Source of the DNA: Hormiphora californensis
Taxonomy: Eukaryota > Animalia > Ctenophora
Assembly: GCA_020137815.1 (NCBI GenBank)
Contig: CM035355.1
Location: 7,068,001 to 7,132,000, forward strand
DNA: 64,000 bases
Reading direction: 5' to 3'
In this document: one piece after another, positions 35,058 through 48,100 of the stretch
How the letters are laid out: every line of letters starts with the position of its first letter
Position numbering within the stretch: the stretch's first letter is position 1
Position numbers and translations under genes: made by a program
The notes under the pieces: generated by a model
What the model saw: only the letters and a program-made list of their open reading frames with translations
What the model was told of the DNA's origin: nothing
Database searches by the model: none

Positions 35058-36659
35058 AAGATGAGTGATAACTAAGGTTAGATGTAAAATCTTTGTTATA
35101 GATGGTAGATATATGCGTGAGAGATATCACAAAGATCAATAACTTGTCGAGTCAACAATCAATGGTCCAATGAATAGATCTAAAACTCAAAATATTGTCA
35201 TGAATAACAACGCCATTGCTTTCTAATAGCAAAGTAAGGAATACCTAGGAAGAAAACTTGGAAAGTATTTTATTACAGAAGTAAGAGATAGGGAAACATT
35301 TATTGATAAAGAATAGGGAACCTTTCCAGAATGCAAGGGGAATGGAATACATAAAAAAGTTCATTAGCGTATTATTATGTGGGTAAGTTGTAGGGGATTG
35401 ATGTACCAAAATGTCTAGTAGTTGGAGAGTACATAATATATAAGGAGGGTGGCAGGTGTGCTGCAGCAGGTATTGAATAATGGAACACTAGAGAGGGGGA
35501 AGGAGTAAGCCACAAATTATGTACGCACGTCATGCCACGTGCAACTTGGGTTATTTTTCTGTGGTTGGTAGAGGGTTTCTTGCATAGCTTTATTTCTTCT
35601 TTTTTTCCCTCTCTCTCTATAATCATAATAATGTCTCTCTCGCTCTCTCTCTCAATATTTCCTATCCCTGACAGACAGGGCAATGACAGAACTTTGGCAA
35701 TTATTCTGCAATTTCGGGTGAAAGCGACGGAGTGACAAATATATAATGGCACTTGAAGAATTTCAACTTTCCTCCTTTGGACTGCAAATATGACTCATGA
35801 TTCATGCACTATTCAGATCTAGTCTTGTTTTGTTCGAGCGGGGAGAGATGTTTGAATAAAGCAAATCTTGTCTAGATGCTAAACAAGTCTTGATCTAAGC
35901 GTTCTTGAGACACAAAACTACACTCTACAGTGATAGTCATATCTATGAACACGTACGTGGGAATGCAGTTGTATGTGTGCATTAGTAGACTGTAGAGAAT
36001 GAAATATATGTTACCAGTACAATATGTAAATCGCTGAGATAAAAGTATTTCATGGTCAAATGGATGGTCAAGTAACACCAATCTTATACATCCCTGCAAC
36101 CCCATGTATTAACTTTCTCTCTACAGGTCTAGACACGTTCTCCTGAAATTATATTACATTCTGATTTCTGAAGAATCCATGCGTATGGCCATGCGATGAA
36201 TAACGAATATTACTATAGCAAGATGCGAACAAACAAGTCCAAAAAAAGAATATACAGCTTCAAGTCCTAAAGACAATATGTATCCTACAGCAGAAAAAAT
36301 GAGACATTGTTATATGTGTAAATTGATACTAATTCAGGCCGATTCTATGCAGTGATATATACGTAATATGTACGTACAAACCAATCTATATTCCTTCTCC
36401 TAGATGTAGTAACTAGATTGCGTTCAGTAGAGTGAGATATAGAGGATCTACTCACTCTATATCTACTAGGTATAAGAGCTGAATGAACATCATGCCAATC
36501 AGACAGATACATACAACGATAGAGATGTAATAAAATATATAGAAGAAGCGCATACTGTACACGATATACGCTCGACGTTTCATGACTACAGCATGAGTCA
36601 GGTTGAGTTTTATTCCACGAATCGATAGAGAGCAGCAAATGACCTATCTTTTTTTCTCT

Positions 36660-36930
<271 letters not shown>

Positions 36931-37382
36931 TCCTATCAAACTTTCTAGATAGTGGTGTCCCCCGCGGACTACTGCAGGAGGAGGAGGAACATGGATGAGG
37001 AGGAATGATGGTATTCAGGTATTGGTATTGAGAGAGAGGTAAACTGTAAGATATAGAGAAGGAGTTCGTGGTGGGAGGTCGGTCATGTAATTGTAGGTAG
37101 GCATTACACTTGTTGTAGTAAAGGAAGAGGAGAAGGAGGAGAGAGAGATAGAGATGCCAACAGATAGACAACTTAAAGCAGTAGTTTCTATGGCGACATA
37201 CCATACACAAGCATACATCTTTCCTTTCTCTCTTTCTCTATCTTTCTCTGATCTGTATCCATCTCTCTCTTTTCCCGCCCATGGTGTTTTCAAATTAAGG
37301 AAACCAAATAAGATTTTTTTGTTTGTTTGCAGTGTAAGGAAAAAGTGTAATATTTTTTAAAACAATGTAATTTTCAACTTAA

Positions 37383-37832
37383 AGGTTGACAAGATACCTA
37401 AAACTTTTCTTATATCGTCTTATTTTGATTTATCATTAATTTTCAGCATTTTTTCAGAATTTTTTGTCGGCTAGAAAAAAATTCGAAATAGGGGGTCTAC
37501 CGATATTGTCAGCACTGGTTTTACTGGGCACACTCACTGCGTCTCGCAAATTGAAATTCACGTTTCCGGTTCCTCAAAAGATAAAGACTTGATCTTGGTT
37601 GCGTTGGATTGTTCTCAATAAGACCTTTCCAACGCTACCAAAACGGTTTCTGTATCTCATCAGGAACCGGAGATATTACGGTATCAATTTTAAAAAAGGC
37701 ACACTCATTTGTCAGTAGACCCCCTATTTTGCACATATTTCTAGCCGACAAAAAATTCTGAAAAAATGCTGAAAATTAATGATAAATCAAAATAAGACGA
37801 TATACGAAAAGTTTTAGGTATCTTGTCAACCT
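37383..37832. mobile_element. TTAA-flanked MITE (Kolobok-like), 450 bp, in the 3' region of VWC gene 1
   Basis: ~115-bp TIRs beginning AGGTTGACAAGATACC. The paralogous site at ~39498 is empty, with a single TTAA. Confidence 0.9.
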
Positions 37833-37872
37833 TTAAACGTCATCCACACACGTCACACACTCAGCTTCAACT

Positions 37873-38279
37873 TTACTGGCAAGTTGGTATTTTACAGCAG
37901 GAGTTGTTTGGATCTTGGACCTCCACCATAACTTGGCCAGGTTCACATTCAATCATGTAGGGTGAACACATTGGCACACACCCAATACCACCACCCTGGC
38001 AGCTGCAACTGCTACATCCCATATCGAAACTTTCACCTGAAGCATAAAGGATTTAACCAATTGTAAATTAATGAACTGATTGATTTAACTAATTATTTTC
38101 AACTAATGAAACGGGATTTTTCCGATCTAAGACCGTCTAAGCCATTAATTTAGACGTGTACCATTTTTGTAGACGACACCATTGCCCATGTTACAGTCTC
38201 CCAATTCAATAGGTTCCAACGGGGCACAGAATGCAGCAACCACCAACACCATCAACACGGCTACTTTGAGGAGAGACAT
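37873..38279 (-). CDS. Small secreted single-VWC-domain protein 1 (2 exons)
   Basis: MSLLKVAVLMVLVVAAFCAPLEPIELGDCNMGNGVVYKN|GESFDMGCSSCSCQGGGIGCVPMCSPYMIECEPGQVMVEVQDPNNSCCKIPTCQ*. Signal peptide plus a 10-Cys VWC domain (YxxGExF...CxC...CxPxC...CC...C). Confidence 0.85.
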
Positions 38280-38570
38280 GATCCAAGTTTGCACAAATGC
38301 GATGAAACTAACCAAGACAGGAATTATGATCGAGTCTATCTCCTCCCGTATTTATATACCTAGGTCCTAGATCCTTTAATAAGCTCACGTGTGGTCGTGC
38401 GTGTTTTCACCACAGCATCTCTTAGTCTCGCCGCCCAGAAGCCCACTTTTTCTGTGTGGTTAATTTCTCACAATTTTGTTCTCTCATGTTACGCAAAGAA
38501 CGGATATGTTAACTAATAAAAACTCGGGTGCTAATTTCTATCATCCGTGTGTTTCAGGAAGTTCTATCGG

Positions 38571-38700
38571 AACAAAAAACCTCAAAAGGTAGAGCAATGG
38601 ACGCGAAACCCAGAGGTTGTCGGTTCGAGCCCGGCCCTCGCCAGATATTTTTCTAATTTTCCTCCCTATTTAATCCTGAACAAGATCTCATCATTGATAT
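38571..38700 (+). mobile_element. tRNA-derived SINE-like insertion with 13-bp flanking direct repeats
   Basis: Partial D-arm GGTAGAGC, T-arm GTCGGTTCGAGCCCGGC and terminal CCA (38588-38643). GAAGTTCTATCGG occurs at 38558 and 38701. The insert is absent from the duplicated unit. Confidence 0.6.
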
Positions 38701-39537
38701 GAAGTTCTATCGGTTTTGTGAACTTTTGCCTACACAACTCACCATCCAGAATCTAAAATTTCCGGAAATAAAGCCGAAAATATAGTCACTTTTGTTATCC
38801 CTAACAATTATTTGGGAAAGACGGAAGATGCCCGACTCTTAGTAACATGGGCAATGGTGTCGTCTACAAAAATGGTACATGTCTAGATTAATGGCTTAGA
38901 CAGTCTTAGATTGGAAGAATCCCGTTAATCTTCATTTCATAAGTTGACAATAGAATGTCAGAGAAAAAGACGAGGATGCCATCACGTTAACCCTTTGAGG
39001 ACCACAGGCCATATATGACCCAGTTCACTAAAGACTGATTTCCCAGCTTCAGGATTAACTTTTGATCCCAAACAAAAGCCTAAACAATAGTTTAGACATT
39101 TCTCTACCTAAAAATCATGGATGAGGAGGAATGATGGTATTGGTATTGAGAGAGAGGTAAATTGTAAGATACAGAGGAGTTCGTGGTGGGAGGTCGGTCA
39201 TGTAATTGTAGGTAGGCATTACACTTGTTGTAGTAAAGAAGGGGGAGGAGGAGGAGAGAGATAGAGATGCCAACAGATAGACAACTTAAAGCAGTAGTTT
39301 CTATGGCGACATACCATACACAAGCATACATCTTTCCTTTCTCTCTTTCTCTATCTTTCTCTGATCTGTATCCATCTCTCTCTCTCTCTTTTCCCGCCCA
39401 TGGTGTTTTCAAATTAAGGAAACCAAATAAGATTTTTTGTTTGTTTGCAGTGTAAGTAAAAAGTGTAATATCTTTTTAAAACAATATAATTTTCAACTTA
39501 AACACCATCCACACACGTCACACACTCAGTTTCAACT

Positions 39538-39957
39538 TTACTGGCAAGTTAGTATTTCACAACAGGAGTTGCTTGGATCTCGGACCTCCACCACAACTTG
39601 GCCAGGTTCACATTTAATATTGTAGAGTGGACACATTGGCACACAACTGATAACCCCACTCTGACACCTGCACCTGGCATAACATCCCATATCGAATCGT
39701 TCACCTGAAGGATTTAACCAATTGTGAATTAATGAACTGAACAATTTAACCGATTGTAAATTAATGAACTGAACGATTTAACCGATTGTAAATTAATGAA
39801 CTGAATTATTATCAACTAATGAAATGAAGATTAATGTACCATTTTTGTAGACGACACCATTGCCCATGTGACAGTGTCCCAATTCATATTGTTCCAACGG
39901 AGCACAGGAGGCAGCAAGCACCACCACCATCAACACGGCTACTTTGATGATATTCAT
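39538..39957 (-). CDS. Small secreted single-VWC-domain protein 2 (2 exons)
   Basis: MNIIKVAVLMVVVLAASCAPLEQYELGHCHMGNGVVYKN|GERFDMGCYARCRCQSGVISCVPMCPLYNIKCEPGQVVVEVRDPSNSCCEILTCQ*. Confidence 0.85.
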
Positions 39958-40869
39958 TTTCCAAATTTGCACAAATGCGATGAAACTAACCAAGACAGGA
40001 ATTATGATCGAGTCTATCTCCTCCCGTATTTATATACCTAGGTCCTAGAGCCTTTAATAAGCTCACGTGTGATCGTGCGATTTAGAGGTGTTTTCACCGC
40101 AGCATCTTTTAGTCTCGCCGCCCAGATCGGATTAATTTACTGATTAAAAACTCGGGTGCTAATTTCTATCATACGTGTGTTTCGTGAACTTTTGCCTACA
40201 CAACTCACCATCCAGAATCTAAAATTTCCGGAAATAAAGCCGAAAATAAAGTCACTTTTGTTATCCCTAACAATTATTTGGGAAAGACGGAAGATGCCCG
40301 ACTCTTAGTAACATGGGCAATGGTGTCGTCTACAAAAATGGTACATACTACATGTCTACTGTCTAGATTAATGGCTTAGACAGTCTTAGATTGGAAGAAT
40401 CCCGTTAATCTTCATTTCATAAGTTGACAATAGAATGCCAGAGAAAAAGACGAGGATGCCATCACGTTAAAATTGTCAATGATGATTATTGTACTGTGAT
40501 TTCATCTTTACCCTATAAAATCACTGTCTCATAACTACTGTACTTAGATGAGGGAGTACAGCTGCTATAATAGTTGGTCATTGGTGTACCAATCGTGAAA
40601 GTTGCTGAAGATAATACAATATTCTTATTTTACCGGTTGTAATAAATGTATAAATATAGATATCATACAGGATATATTTCATAATGTAGTACACACAATC
40701 AAACCCTAAACCCATGATAATATTATTCAATAAGTAACTATTTGGTACTGCACAGCACTGCTGCAATAGTTTTTCACTCGCCCATGATCATCACACAAAG
40801 CTTGCTTGTCAAGAGTCCTCTATGGTGGAAACCCTGGAGGGTAACCATGGTAACACCCTGGTAATCCCT

Positions 40870-41287
40870 TCACTCCAGTTGTTGAGGGCAAGTTTTGATA
40901 CTGCAGCAGGAGTTATTGGGGTCCACTGTCGTTACAAAGTTGCTGGCGCACTCCCGGGGAGGCTGCATAGGGGTGCACATGGGGACGCAGTCGAACATGT
41001 CTTGTCCTTGGCATTCACACTCAGCATCGCACCCCATTTTGAATGTTTCTCCTGCAGGGGGAAATTGAGGGTCAAGTAGATATGGAAATTAAAATATGAA
41101 TGAATGGTGAATTAGGGAACTAGGGATCAAGAATATCCATGATTTTCGCAAAATAAAATGCACAACACGTACCAGCTCTATAGGATCTGTTTTCATAACT
41201 GCAAGTTCCTGCCTTTTCCGCTGGAGCACCCTGCACCACTGCCACCGCCACAACCAAAACAAATAATCGGATAGCAAAAGAGGACAT
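40870..41287 (-). CDS. Small secreted single-VWC-domain protein 3 (2 exons, older paralogue)
   Basis: MSSFAIRLFVLVVAVAVVQGAPAEKAGTCSYENRSYRA|GETFKMGCDAECECQGQDMFDCVPMCTPMQPPRECASNFVTTVDPNNSCCSIKTCPQQLE*. Same phase-1 intron position as the other two. Confidence 0.85.
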
Positions 41288-41568
41288 TTTAGATCAGCTC
41301 GCTTGAGAGTTGTTCGGAAAGATCAGATGATAACTTTGTGTCAATCTGGAATGGCCGGGTATTTATACTATCATATCATGGTCACGTGACTAGGAACTAT
41401 GGACAATGACAAAATTGCTGTCTGCACCTGTAGCAAAATTAGTTTCCGGCTTACTGTCGTCGTGAATGGAGAGCTGCAGTTCGACCCGCCCTACTACTGA
41501 TGCAGAATTGAGAATTTGTTCATGCCAATTCTCCTTTCAATAACGCCCAGTTTCGATTTCTCTCTCTA

Positions 41569-41640
<72 letters not shown>

Positions 41641-42459
41641 TCTCTCTCACCCTTTCTCCAGCTCCCCTCTTTTTCTACATGTATCTCTCTCTTTCTTTAT
41701 TTCTTGCCAAGGATTGAGAAGGTTGTCAAATTTCTGATATGACAGCTACAGCCTACAATTTCCATTCTCCAGGTGAAGCAAGGTAAAGAACTGTCAGAGC
41801 TCCATAAGCAGCTCTTCTACACAGGCAACTCATCTACTGTTCAGACTTGAACCGTGATTTAGAGGTTTTTTTAAGGAAACACAACCCATTGCTAGAGAAG
41901 CAAGGTGATGTTTCTTCGGCTTCAGTATATTGGAAATGACCCAATGCGGTAGCACCGGAACATAAATTCAGAACCCCCTGACACTTGTCAGAAATGACAA
42001 AACAGGAAAACTTGAATGATAGACAAGTAACCATTTCTAGAAACGTCTTCTTTCTGCTTCCATCGAATCCATCCGTCCTCAATAAATAGTCTCTATCTGT
42101 ACGTTTAAATGTTGTCAATTTTTATGACTTCACCGTTTAAATCTTCCCCGTCGGTACTAAAGCGGTTGTGTAGTCAGAGCCTGGAACAATTAAAACCCTC
42201 ATTTTGAGATTTTAGCACAATTTGAGACGATTTTCGCCATAATTCCAATAATTCAACCATTAAAAGTTATATAAAGTTCATGTGTTGCCAATTGCCACGC
42301 TTGATATCAGTCTCCATAATATATATTATAAACCAACTCATCCATTTCTCAAGCAATTTCGAAAATCTTGGGCTCATCGAAAAGAGCAACTTGAGCTCTT
42401 TTTATAGGGCTATAATTTTGAAAAGAGTTTGTAATAATTCGCCTATTATTAGTAGTTAA

Positions 42460-43513
42460 ATGGCACTGTTTGCCGATGGAGGCTTCTCCACCCCTGACAT
42501 TTACATCGTCGTTTACCTCGTGCTCCTCTCGGCACTCGGCGTCACCCTGAACGCGATAGTGATAACCAGAAACCTCCGCAAATCAACCTCCCTCGCTCGG
42601 AATCTCTACCTATCCCTGTTCATCACAGACTTCCTGACTTGTGCCACCCTACCCACTTACTTTGCCTACGCAACCTTCATTCCCAAGAATTGGAGATGTT
42701 ATGCGGCGGAGAAAGATCCCGAATTTGGATACCTTGTCAACTGCACAACACACTATGTGTACTTTCGGTGGCCTCAGTCCTCCATCGGGCAACGTCTCTA
42801 CAGTAACTTTGTACGGACAATTGTTACACAGCCGTGTGTGATTACTGGATGTCTTGCTGCGTGTCGCTTTTACCAAATCCGATACCCATTCTCTCATGTA
42901 CCATCGAAATACCCCCTCGCTTTTATCATCATCACTTCAATCTACAGCTTGGTGTTCGAGGTAGATCTATTGAGGACCAAAGGGGACGGGGATGCGGCCT
43001 ACTACTACATCATTGCCCAGGGAGTCTTTGCAAGTTTGAAAGGTGGGCCCTTTAATTCCTTGGGTATAACTTTTAACTCAACTCTAGAGGTGTTCATCGC
43101 ATCCAACATCTTCAATGTCCTAGCACAGGTGATGGGTCTCATCGCTTCAATTCTCACAATCTTCGAACTAATCCGAAACTCAATGAAGCAAGTGGCTAAT
43201 TCGGCTTTACTCCGCTCAGAAAACAGGAAACGAAGAAGCACAATCATGATCTTAGTGCACAACTTCGGAAGTGTAGACAACATAGGAACATGCTGTAACA
43301 GCATGTTCCTATGTTGTCTACACCATCAATACATCAAACATTGGGAACCTGATAGATGTGGCGGTCAAGGATCAAAAACCCTTTGAATTGCCCACTTCCA
43401 TAATAATAAGCGCCTTGGCCTACTTCTTGTTTGTGCCTAGCTTCTGTTCTCTGGTAAATCCCATTGTGTGTATCCTGTTCACGCCCAGAGTGGTACGGGT
43501 AGGTCCACGCTAG
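42460..43513 (+). CDS. Intronless rhodopsin-like (class A) orphan GPCR with one apparent frameshift near 43270-43290
   Basis: TM1 (LGVTLN), TM2 (LFITDFL), TM3 ending ACRFYQIRYP. TM7 (SLVNPIVCILFTPR) lies in another frame, ending TAG at 43513. Confidence 0.8.
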
Positions 43514-45147
43514 AGGCTGGTGAACAAATGGGAATGAAAACTCTGGCCTTTTCCTGGTCAGCGATCAGAAGACCCACTGCCAGTTATAAAAGCTGGATTT
43601 TCAGTGAACTCTGAAGTTAAACTATATATTTGAGTTTGACAATGATGAACCAACTGACTGAACCATGGTGTTTGTAGTGACCTAAACCGTTTGTTGAAAA
43701 CTCATGTGACCAGTCAGTCTGCCAGTCAGTAGGTCAGTCAGTGTGTGTCTGTGTGTGTGTGCGAGTCAGTGTGTATCAGAACTCTATTTGAAGAAAAGGA
43801 TGATTTCATGACCCCAATTTGAAATTGAATGACACTAAAAAGACGATGTTAGCAGTTAGTGACATTATTATAATAGCCAAGGCGACATAGTATTTCTTGG
43901 TTCTATCCTGTAGGCAAATTGTGCTAACCCAAATGTTCTCGCTCCGCTCAGAAGAGAGAGTAAAGGGCAAGCTACTTATCTATATGTAGTTATAACCCTG
44001 GCCCTACCAAATATTAGAAGGAGTTATGTATTTCTATAAGTATTCCAATTTTATTCCGTATCACTAGATGTTTTCTTTTATTTGTAAAAATACGTCTCGA
44101 TTAGATCTCAGCATTACCCAAAATACTCACGTTAGTATGACATAGGGGTCGAAGGAGGGTTTAACTAACCATGACGCATCAAGTCGCACAGACTGATCAA
44201 TGCAAACCCGATCATTGAATGATTCATTCGATTAAGCTTGGAGAGCAAAAACTGAAACCAATCCATATCAAAGCGAAAAAAACTGTACCCGACTAATTCC
44301 GACACGCTGAAACACTCAAGCAACCCCTCCAATCCCTCAGAGGTCGGGAAAATGCTAATTGAGCAATTAATGCCATTTGGACACAATTATACTCAATTAG
44401 GGCACTTTCCCGACATCCGAGGGCTTGGAAAAGCCGCTCATGGCGCACCAAAATCAGTCGGGTACCGTGGTTTTCGCTTCGATACAAACCAGTTTCAGTT
44501 CCACTCTCCAAGCCCGATCAAATGATCAAGCAACAATTTCAAAGAGAGCAGATTCTCCGTCAGCGGTGATACCTTTGCCCTTGTGTTTGTGTATATGATT
44601 AAGTTTGATCAGTCTGTGCGACTGTGCCCTTCAGTGAAAATGCAAATTCAAGCTGAAGAACAAGTTTGCATTTTCACTGATTTGCTGTGTGGGCGCTTGA
44701 ACTTCAGTGAATATGCAAATTCGTTCTTGAAGAGAAGGCACCTTCAACTTGAAGGCACCTTCTCTTGAGTCAAGAGAGAATCTCTTCAAGAACGAATTTG
44801 CATATTCACTGATTTGCGTCGCCCCCCACGTAGTACCCACACAGCAGTTTTTATTCTCGGACAACTAAGATTGTTTATTATTTGTTGTTTACAGATCACT
44901 AGATCAGCTGGTATATAATAATTAATTAATATATATAATAATTAATTAATAATATAGAATGCTTATTCAACAAATTTACATCTTACTACTCATTGGTAAG
45001 TCATTATAGTATTTAAACCTTGATTTACCAGACTCCTTGACGGGGAAGGATGACCTAACTAGCATATACTAACGCCGTTTATATAGTAACGGGGTTCACA
45101 ATTTGCAACCGCTCTTATTAATAATAAGTTATTACCCACACCCACAG

Positions 45148-48100
45148 GAATATCAGTGGAAATCGAACCACCACCAGATTGTCCTATAAAAGTTGTAAAT
45201 AGAGCACTACAACGAATCTGTTCCGACACCGAGTACCAATGCCCATATTCCAAGGCCCGTTTTACGGTTGACTATAGATTCGTAGTTGTTAAGCGTGCAT
45301 ATGAATACACAACAAACAGCGTGTGTCCCGGAGACAAGCTGACTTATCAGGGGTGTGTTATGCGGGACGGGGATGTGACGGTGAGTGATCATAATTGTGG
45401 GCTTCTCTGTGGCAAGAAAGATGTAGTGACCCAGGATTTGGTTTACACTTCCATCTTTTCCAACGCTGCGGTAAGTTTTGGGTAGGTAAGCTATGGCAAT
45501 TCGCTACATATTTTCACGGTTAAGGTTATTTGATTCCATTTTTATCGTTTTTTAGTCGGAACGGGATCACGTCACTATGAAGATTTGCAGTTCAACGGCC
45601 TGCGACACTGATATCTCTGCACTTCCAGTATTCTCTACTGCAGATGCAGTACAGTGTAACGGTGTCTGCGAAGATACTATTTGTCGGGATGAACTGGTTT
45701 GCAATGGATTACAATATGGAATTTGGTGTCCCTGGTGGTATCCTCGCCCCTCATAAAGCGATATATTCTATAGTCGATAATTATTGGCTTTGCTCTCCTG
45801 CACAATTAGAGTTCATAGACACAGTGCCAAAGTGTAAGACCCCACATAGTCCGGACATATTTCCCGCCTATTCATTGTTGTACAATGGCTCCAGGTGCCT
45901 GCCCATTAGGCATGTCCAGTGCAGCCCCAGCAGTTGGTTTACCTTAACCGAAGTCATTGTGAAACCAGTGTGCGGTAACAAACTCGATCAGACCAACTGT
46001 ACCGATAGCAGTCTTGTTCACGGTTCGTGTCTTGTTGGGGGGTTCAAAACCACCCTCTCAAAATACCTTGTTTGTGAGCCTGGGTTTCAGAATCAAAGCG
46101 TGGTCTGCGATGAACAGATAGATGGGGAGTGTGTTGCAGTTAGTCACGGGTTTACCTCCACAAGCATGTTCTATGTGGATGGTAGGAAGCAGTGTGAGGA
46201 TGGGGCGGACGAGAGGGGGTGTGGAGGACAGATAACGTATAGAACCTGTAACCGAAGGGTTGGTGGATACGCCCCAATTCTACTAGATTGGGTTAATGAT
46301 GGAGTTGTGGATTGTGAGGATGGTGGGGATGAGGATCCCTCATGGCCAGCCTGTGGAGAGGGCCACACTAAGAGATACAAGCTGAGCGAGCAGGACCCAT
46401 GTCAAGATGTGTTCTTGTGTGGACCAGGTAGTAGGATGGTCTTCAAGTTGATAAACCAAGTTTGTGACAAGAAGAGCGTGTGTGGAAATGAGGGGTTGAT
46501 TTGTGATAGAACGAGAGCAGGAGTAGTGAAAAGAATATCCATAACAAAATGTCGGTTGAGAATAATACCCTCTACCGCACTGCATTGTGCTTACCAGGGC
46601 TTACTAATCTTCACAAGCAACACACAATGGTCATCATGAACACAGTGTCGGGCGACTTAAGGGACGTAGTGGGATGTCAAAAGAGGGAGTTTAAGATGGC
46701 CCAATACGAGTTTTACGGAAAAGAGAAAAACAAAGCACTGATAACGAATCATCATCAAGTTAGTTGCAGTTATTATTTTGGGGAGTTTTACGTTTTGTTT
46801 AGCTGTCTAGGCCTCTGCCCCAATGCCGCCTGTCCCCTCACCAAACAACTGAACTCAACATCTTGCACCAATATAGCGAACTCTCAACGAATTTACACCC
46901 TAAATGGGAATGGAAATGCAATGACATTCGTTGTCCACGAACAGAACTCATACCACAACAATATGTTTCTCTGTGACAACGGGAAATTTGGATTTCGAAA
47001 GGTATGCAACCTGGTGAACGACTGCGGCGATCAATCGGATGAGTTAGTGTGTCAGAACCACTTTAGGTGCAAGACGGGAGATCAGTTCCTGGCGGGCTAG
47101 CCAGCTCGTATGGAGTGATAGAATGCCAAGATCACTCGGACGAATGTAATGCAGATTGCAATCGGATGAATCGAAGCATTGTCAATAGGACCGTACTAGA
47201 GCTTCTGGCCGGTGTTATTGGATCTGTATCGGTGGTTCTTAATATCCGAGTCCTCGTCAAGACGTTCTGTGCGATTGGAAACATCACCAAAGCCAACAAT
47301 TACATTAACAAGGTAGTGGTAATTACAATAAGGTTTGGTGATCTGCTGATAGGTGCATATCTTTTAATTCTCCTTGGCTATGATTTGGCCCTGCGTGGTA
47401 ATGGGTTCTGTGCGTCTCAACTCACTTGGCTATCAGGACTTCCTTGCAGGATTTTGGGTGTTTTGAACACAACCGGGTCCCTCATCTCGGATCTCACCAT
47501 GGCAATTTACAGTTGTATAAGATTGAGGGGGGTCTTGCATACTTTACATTTTGAAATGTCTGGAGATGTGGATGGGAGAGTGAGGGTAAAATTAGGGTGC
47601 TTCTCTGGCTTGGTAATCCTAATTTACAATGATTGGCGGGCGCTGCCCTCTTCCCCGCTGGGGGACGTGTTCGTCAATGGAGTAGTTATGATAAGGGAGA
47701 ACGCCCTATTTTCAGGCATTGGTGAAAGAGAAGAGTCTACAGGGCGATATACAGCCATACCATGGACATAATCACAGTCCCAAAATGTTGGGACCTGGGA
47801 GGACTGTCCGTCAGGCAGTGTCCTCTATGTTCCAGGACAGTATGGTGGAATAATCACAGCAGAGTATCTTTCTACGGCATGATCCAGTTGTGTTTTCAAG
47901 TTCTAGGGGTTACCCCCCAATCCCCGGTTTTTGTTACGTTTGGCTTGTTTTGCTCCATTTTGTGTGCTTAGTAACGGTTATTGTGTGTCATATCAGTATC
48001 TTTGTTGCCATCATCAGGTCCTTTGACCCGTCCATGATGAATGATCAGGTGAGGCTGATGGTGGAGGAACGGAACTCCATCCTCCAGTGGAACATCTCGT

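Larger units (their letters stand above)
36990..40470. repeat. Tandem segmental duplication (unit A ~36990-38990, unit B ~39117-40470), each unit carrying a VWC gene
   Basis: Colinear, highly similar flanks. Unit A is longer because of a MITE and a SINE-like insert. Confidence 0.9.

Noticed and set aside
38588-38643. Functional tRNA gene
   Set aside because: The 5' acceptor strand is missing, the anticodon arm is non-canonical and the sequence sits between direct repeats.
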